A stretch of 64,000 bases of DNA, from assembly GCA_965224085.1 (NCBI GenBank), contig CBDCYI010000011.1, positions 1,543,639 to 1,607,638 of the forward strand, written 5' to 3'. Both the position numbers and the translations under genes were made by a program. The DNA comes from Candidatus Marinacidobacterales bacterium (GTDB lineage Bacteria > Acidobacteriota > Vicinamibacteria > Marinacidobacterales > SMYC01). This document shows, piece after piece, positions 59,582-64,000 of this stretch. The notes beneath the pieces were generated by a model that made no database searches, was not told the DNA's origin, and saw nothing but the letters and a program-made list of their open reading frames with translations. Positions within the stretch are counted from its first letter, which is position 1; every line of letters begins with the position of its first letter.

Positions 59582-60367
59582 TCACTCCGCCTCGGGACGC
59601 ATTCGATAGAAACATTCGGTCGGCTTGATCGCTTCGCCGAAGACAACCTCTGAAACACCTTGCTGCAATAGGCGCTCTCCGATGCTTTCCGCAGCTTTCA
59701 GACGGTAGTCGACGGCCTTGTTCAACAGGACGGTGTGGCGGCTCCCCTTCGGGATCTTAGGAAGGTAGCCTTTGACGATCGTGGCTGCGATGACGGCGTC
59801 GGTGACGTCCATGCCCGGCGACGCTCCCGATAAGCTAGCCACGATCTCGAGTCTATGGACATGCTCCCCATCGAGCTTGTGGTCGAGAACGTCGAGGCCG
59901 ACGAGGATCGCGGTGAGCGTCGTTTCAGCCGGAATCACAGGTTCGTGGCTCGCCGGCGCTTTCAAGGAACGCCCACGAGCACCGTCGGCCTCGATGACAA
60001 CACAATCGGCAAGACTTCGGAGCGGGTCCAGCATCACGGGATCTACTCCAGCGAGCTTGTCGTCCCGTTTCCGATCCTGAATCACGATCACCGAGCCGTA
60101 GCGCCGAAGCCGCGCTTTGACCGTAGTGAGCCAATTGTCTTGCTCACCCACGACGACGAGCGGCGGCATCGTCGTCGCCGTCATAGGCATCTGCATATGG
60201 GTCGTCGACGTCGCGACGACGCTCAAGCCCTGGCGCCGGAGCTCCCCCGTGAGCGCGTAGAGCACGGTGGTCTTGCCGCCCGCGCCCACGAGGCTCACAA
60301 CGTCACCTTTGCCTATCGATAGCGCGTCGGCGAGCCCAAAACTCGAATCGATCGCGATTTTCGCCAT
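59582..60367 (-). CDS. yqeC: putative selenium-dependent hydroxylase accessory protein YqeC
   Basis: MAKIAIDSSFGLADALSIGKGDVVSLVGAGGKTTVLYAL... matches the YqeC family (P-loop GAGGKTT). The longer ORF N-terminus is rejected. Confidence 0.7.
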   Translation of the reverse strand: MAKIAIDSSFGLADALSIGKGDVVSLVGAGGKTTVLYALTGELRRQGLSVVATSTTHMQMPMTATTMPPLVVVGEQDNWLTTVKARLRRYGSVIVIQDRKRDDKLAGVDPVMLDPLRSLADCVVIEADGARGRSLKAPASHEPVIPAETTLTAILVGLDVLDHKLDGEHVHRLEIVASLSGASPGMDVTDAVIAATIVKGYLPKIPKGSRHTVLLNKAVDYRLKAAESIGERLLQQGVSEVVFGEAIKPTECFYRMRPEAE

Positions 60368-60412
60368 TCGTCGAGAGAGTACTATAGGATACACGGTGAG
60401 AGAACTGGAACG

Positions 60413-61117
60413 ATGCGCATTCCCGTCGCGATCCCCGTTGTCCTCATGAGCTTGGCCGCCGCGCACTGCGCCGGCCAAGAGGACTATGCGGAGGCGCGCC
60501 GAACCATGGTGCGCGAGCACCTGCAGGGGCGGGACATCTCCGACCCTCGAGTCCTCGAGGTCATGAGCCATGTGCCGCGACACGAGTTCGTGCCCGCCAT
60601 GTTGCGCTCGCAAGCCTATGCCGATCACGCCCTGCCAATAGCGGAAGGTCAAACGATCTCCCAACCCTACATCGTTGCGCTGATGACCCAGCTCGCCGAG
60701 ATCGAGGAGGACCATGCGGTTCTCGAGATCGGGACCGGCTCCGGCTATCAGTCAGCCGTCCTCGCCGAGATGGTCCGTGAGGTCCATACCATCGAGATCA
60801 TCCCCGAGCTCGCCGAAAGCGCCCAAGCGAAGCTCGCGGCTCTCGGTTACGAGAACGTGCATGGAAAAACCGGAGACGGTTATCTCGGGTGGGCGGAAAA
60901 GGCTCCCTACGACGCCATTCTCGTCACCGCGGCAGCCCCTGAAGTGCCGCCGCCTCTCATAGCACAGCTCGCCCCCGGCGGTATTCTTGTCATCCCCGTC
61001 GGCCCTCAATCGCAAGTTCAAAAACTCCTTCGGATCGAAAAAACGAATGACGGCACGACAACGACCGAAGAGATAATCCCAGTCGTCTTCGTACCCCTCG
61101 TCCGCGAGCGGCGATAA
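60413..61117 (+). CDS. pcm: protein-L-isoaspartate O-methyltransferase
   Basis: LEIGTGSGYQSA SAM motif. A possible N-terminal signal peptide is present. Confidence 0.9.
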   Translation: MRIPVAIPVVLMSLAAAHCAGQEDYAEARRTMVREHLQGRDISDPRVLEVMSHVPRHEFVPAMLRSQAYADHALPIAEGQTISQPYIVALMTQLAEIEEDHAVLEIGTGSGYQSAVLAEMVREVHTIEIIPELAESAQAKLAALGYENVHGKTGDGYLGWAEKAPYDAILVTAAAPEVPPPLIAQLAPGGILVIPVGPQSQVQKLLRIEKTNDGTTTTEEIIPVVFVPLVRERR

Positions 61118-61126
61118 CGAAGAAGG

Positions 61127-61411
61127 CTAGTCTTCGACGCTCACTTCACCCCAAAAGGCCACGTAGCCTTCGAAACGCTTGGCAGCGTCCTTGACCTCTG
61201 GATAGAACCACGCCGCATCTTTCCCCTCGGTGCCGTCGACGACGACGTTGTAATAACTGGCCTTCCCCTTCCAGGGGCAAACGGTATGCGTATCACTCGG
61301 CTGCAGATATTCCTGCTTTACTGAAGCCGGCGGAAAATAGTGGTTGCCTTCAACCACTTCGGTCTCCTGCGACTCAGCAATCACGGTTCCATGAAAAACC
61401 GCTTTTGACAT
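61127..61411 (-). CDS. DUF427 domain protein
   Basis: 94 aa, matches the DUF427 pattern. Confidence 0.6.
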   Translation of the reverse strand: MSKAVFHGTVIAESQETEVVEGNHYFPPASVKQEYLQPSDTHTVCPWKGKASYYNVVVDGTEGKDAAWFYPEVKDAAKRFEGYVAFWGEVSVED

Positions 61412-61480
61412 ATCGTGACTCCTTTTCTTGCTTCCGCTCTTTCCTATTGCTATTGTTACTTTTCTGACCTGCCATCCGCT

Positions 61481-62005
61481 ATGAAGAATCGCGTCCCGCT
61501 GGCCGTCGCACCCCTGCTCGGTTTGTTGGTTTCCTCATGTGGCGGAAGCGGTCCGTCAGGCCCGACCGCCCCAACCACTCCGCCCACGAGCACTCCCGTG
61601 CTCCCGGTATCGCCATTCGAGATTACAACCCTCATTACCGTGTACCAAAACGCCGCGAGCTTTGCCCAGTTCACCGAAGACACAACATCCGACGAGAACA
61701 TCGGAAAAGTCCTTCTCGGCGTCGACGAGCTCACCGCCGGGGGCACGCTTCTCGATAACGAGCTCTTGCGCTTCGATCTGCAACAAGCCATCAATAGGGC
61801 CAACGAGCAGTTCTCGGACGCGGACTTCGAAGCCGCGTTCGGTGAAACCAAGGAGAATCTGCGCCGCTTCTTCAACGACGCCGACAACGACGGCTGGTCC
61901 GTCGATGGCCGCCACGGAGAAGGACGTGACTGGCCCCATGACGCCGACGGCAACGACCCCGATGGCTGGCTAGCCCAAATGGCCATCACCGTAACTCGCC
62001 GATAA
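61481..62005 (+). CDS. lipoprotein, unknown function
   Basis: MKNRVPLAVAPLLGLLVSSCGG lipobox, then a Thr/Pro-rich linker. Confidence 0.55.
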   Translation: MKNRVPLAVAPLLGLLVSSCGGSGPSGPTAPTTPPTSTPVLPVSPFEITTLITVYQNAASFAQFTEDTTSDENIGKVLLGVDELTAGGTLLDNELLRFDLQQAINRANEQFSDADFEAAFGETKENLRRFFNDADNDGWSVDGRHGEGRDWPHDADGNDPDGWLAQMAITVTRR

Positions 62006-62042
62006 CTACCTTAGCTGATCCGCACCTATCCTGAATGCTGAT

Positions 62043-62897
62043 CTAGGAAACTCCGAGCTCCTCCAGCTTCTCGACGATCGACTCGAACCAAACTTGGGCC
62101 ATCGTCTCGTAGCCCAGATTGTTCGGGTGCACGCCGTCGGAGCCTACGCCACGGAAGCGTTTCGGCGCCGCGACTTCGTGGTCGGCGATCGGGACGTTCT
62201 TTCTTTTCCCTTCCTGGCGGATCACGTCGTTGAGACGCGTGATGTTCTCGACCGCGAAGACACGGAACCCGTCCGGGTTTACCGGCAGATAGGTTCCGAT
62301 GATGACGAACTTGCCTCGGAGGATACCGATCCGCATCATCTCGGCGAGATTGGAGCGCACGACGGGAAAACGGGCGACGTCGTTATTGACGTCAACGATG
62401 CCTTCCAAGATAAGAATCAAATCCGGCTCATGGCGCCTTATCATCGTATCGATACGGTCGAGGCCTTCTCTCGTGTTCTCGCCGCCAATGCCTTCATTGA
62501 CTAGCTCGAAACCGGTGCCGAAGCGCTCTTCGAGCAGCCGCCATAGCTTTGGGACATAGCCTTCGACGGTGGTGAGCACGGGCCGGATCCCGCCCGAGCC
62601 GCTATATTGCTGCGTCACGCCGAAAGTCACGCTGTCACCGAAGCAAAGAATTTTCTTGATGGGGAAGTTTTCGGGAAGGTCCATACGCCGGGCCGAATCG
62701 GCTAGTGCGACGGCGCTTTCGCCTGGGACTTCCACGTCCGGCGAGGCAGGTGAGCTATCTGTTCCGCAGCCAGCCGTGATGAGGATACCAAGAAGACATC
62801 CAGCTATCGTTACTCTCATTCTAAAATACGCTCCGAGCGTTCCTTTAAATGCCCGCGCTCTGGTGCGCGGCTTGTTCAAATTCGAAGAACCTATCAT
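62043..62897 (-). CDS. SGNH/GDSL-family hydrolase
   Basis: CFGDSVT (GDS block) and downstream blocks. Signal/TM at the N-terminus. Confidence 0.75.
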   Translation of the reverse strand: MIGSSNLNKPRTRARAFKGTLGAYFRMRVTIAGCLLGILITAGCGTDSSPASPDVEVPGESAVALADSARRMDLPENFPIKKILCFGDSVTFGVTQQYSGSGGIRPVLTTVEGYVPKLWRLLEERFGTGFELVNEGIGGENTREGLDRIDTMIRRHEPDLILILEGIVDVNNDVARFPVVRSNLAEMMRIGILRGKFVIIGTYLPVNPDGFRVFAVENITRLNDVIRQEGKRKNVPIADHEVAAPKRFRGVGSDGVHPNNLGYETMAQVWFESIVEKLEELGVS

Positions 62898-62954
62898 TGC
62901 TATACAGAATTATCCGGTTGACAATAACCGTGACGAGCTGGGTGTTTCCGAGCC

Positions 62955-64000
62955 TCATGTCCCGAAAACACCGCTCTCCCGGAGACGCCGAAGTGCCTCG
63001 TTGTCGATGCCAAGCCGCTCGCGCAACACGGACTCCGTGTGCTCGCCGAGTATGGGCGGCGGCGCGTGGTCGCGTTCGCCCGCCTCGGAGAGCTTGAGGG
63101 GGTTACCCGTCAAAAGTAGCTCTCCGAGTTTCGGATGTTGCACATGAAGCTTCATGTTCCGACTTTCTATCTGCGGATTCTCAAAAACCTCAGCGACGTT
63201 TTGTACACGGCCGACCGGGATGCCGGCTTCATCGAGGAGCGCGACCCAAGCCTCCGTACTCTTCGACGCGAAGATGGGCTCGAGCAACGCAGAAAGCTCG
63301 CGGTAGCGGGCGACACGGTCGGCATTGACTTCAAATTCGGGCACGTCGAGCTCCGGTCTTCCGACGACGGCGACGAAGCGTTTCCACAAACTGTCGTTAC
63401 CGACACCGACGATGACGTGACTATCGGCCGTGCGAAACGCCTCGTAGGGCGTCAGCGACGAATGCCGATTGCCGAGCCTGTTCGGAAGCTCGCCCGTCAT
63501 CAGAAAACCCTGCGCCTGATAGCATAGCGTCGAGAGCACGCTATCGAACAAAGACACGTCGATGCGCTCACCCGATCCTGTTTTCTCTCGACGATAGAGC
63601 GACGCCAAGATTCCCTCGCAGGCCATCATACCTGTCACGATATCGGCGAGCGAGGCGCCGACTTTCATCGGCATTCCGTCGGGCTCACCCGTGAGCGCCA
63701 TCCAGCCGCCTTCTCCCTGTATGACGGCGTCGTAGCCTGGCCGCTCACGAAGAGGTCCCGTCTGCCCATAGCCCGAGATCGAGCAATAGATGAGAGATGG
63801 AAGCTGCTCTTTGAGCGCCGCGTAGCCGAAACCGAGACGGTCCATCGTGCCCGGGCGAAAGTTCTCGATGAGAATGTCGGCAGTGTCCAGCAATCGAAGC
63901 AAAACGTCCTTGCCCCCGTCTTTTTTGAGATCAAGGCAGAGGCTTTTCTTGTTGCGGTTGACCGCGAGGAAATAGGAGCTCTCACCATCGAAGAAGGGCG
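62955..64000 (-). CDS. CoA-transferase family III (CaiB/BaiF) protein, N-terminus outside window
   Basis: ENFRPG...GYD motif. The frame stays open upstream of the listed ATG to the window end (PFFDGESSYFLAVNRNKKSLCLDLKKDGGKDVLLRLLDTADILIE). Confidence 0.85.
   Translation of the reverse strand, partial: PFFDGESSYFLAVNRNKKSLCLDLKKDGGKDVLLRLLDTADILIENFRPGTMDRLGFGYAALKEQLPSLIYCSISGYGQTGPLRERPGYDAVIQGEGGWMALTGEPDGMPMKVGASLADIVTGMMACEGILASLYRREKTGSGERIDVSLFDSVLSTLCYQAQGFLMTGELPNRLGNRHSSLTPYEAFRTADSHVIVGVGNDSLWKRFVAVVGRPELDVPEFEVNADRVARYRELSALLEPIFASKSTEAWVALLDEAGIPVGRVQNVAEVFENPQIESRNMKLHVQHPKLGELLLTGNPLKLSEAGERDHAPPPILGEHTESVLRERLGIDNEALRRLRESGVFGT

Overview
A 64 kb stretch of a high-GC (about 60-65%) chromosome from a diderm (Gram-negative) bacterium. 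It is densely packed with mostly housekeeping genes. Gene content (BamA/Skp/LptE/Lol, LpxI, DUF4388, TonB-like proteins, an ECF sigma module, eukaryote-like Ser/Thr kinase, HDAC-family enzyme) fits a Deltaproteobacteria/Myxococcota-like or similar high-GC diderm lineage, but taxonomy cannot be fixed from sequence alone.

Blocks called from the translations:
- Ser/Thr kinase-HAD fusion.
- A DsbA-like gene carrying an in-frame TGA.
- ECF sigma / anti-sigma / DUF4097.
- phoA, an MBL hydrolase, a PpnN-like gene, a deacetylase plus formyltransferase pair, an internally disrupted IS5-like element and a purine permease.
- The conserved rpsT / holA-lptE-leuS neighbourhood, mutY, TPR proteins, and an M20 peptidase, VOC protein, small lysine-rich protein and HDAC-like deacetylase run.
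- The fatty-acid cluster fabF-acpP-fabG-fabD-rpmF-yceD, then hfq-miaA and a DUF4388-SpoIID-TonB group.
- A lipid-A/outer-membrane cluster (Gfo/Idh/MocA oxidoreductase, lpxI, lpxA, fabZ, skp, bamA), followed by clpC, lolDC, lysS-nusB-ribH and small metabolic genes.
- A nucleoside-catabolism cluster (upp, deoA, nupC, punA, cdd, frameshifted hpt, TonB-like, rpiB, deoC) next to yqeC and a ygfJ-like gene, which are markers of selenium-dependent molybdenum hydroxylases.
- pcm, DUF427, a lipoprotein, a GDSL lipase and a partial CoA-transferase.

No rRNA, tRNA or CRISPR was recognised.

Notable oddities:
- A TGA sits exactly at the first Cys of the DsbA CxxC motif with a SECIS-like hairpin just downstream, making it a selenoprotein candidate.
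- Several exact tandem duplications fall inside coding regions.
- Three frameshifts are each explained by a single missing base in a homopolymer, probably sequencing artefacts.
- An AT-richer 745-nt unassigned region upstream of leuS carries a terminator-like hairpin.
- A 58-aa Lys/Ala-rich histone-H1-like ORF lies directly after the HDAC-family gene and was not in the ORF track.
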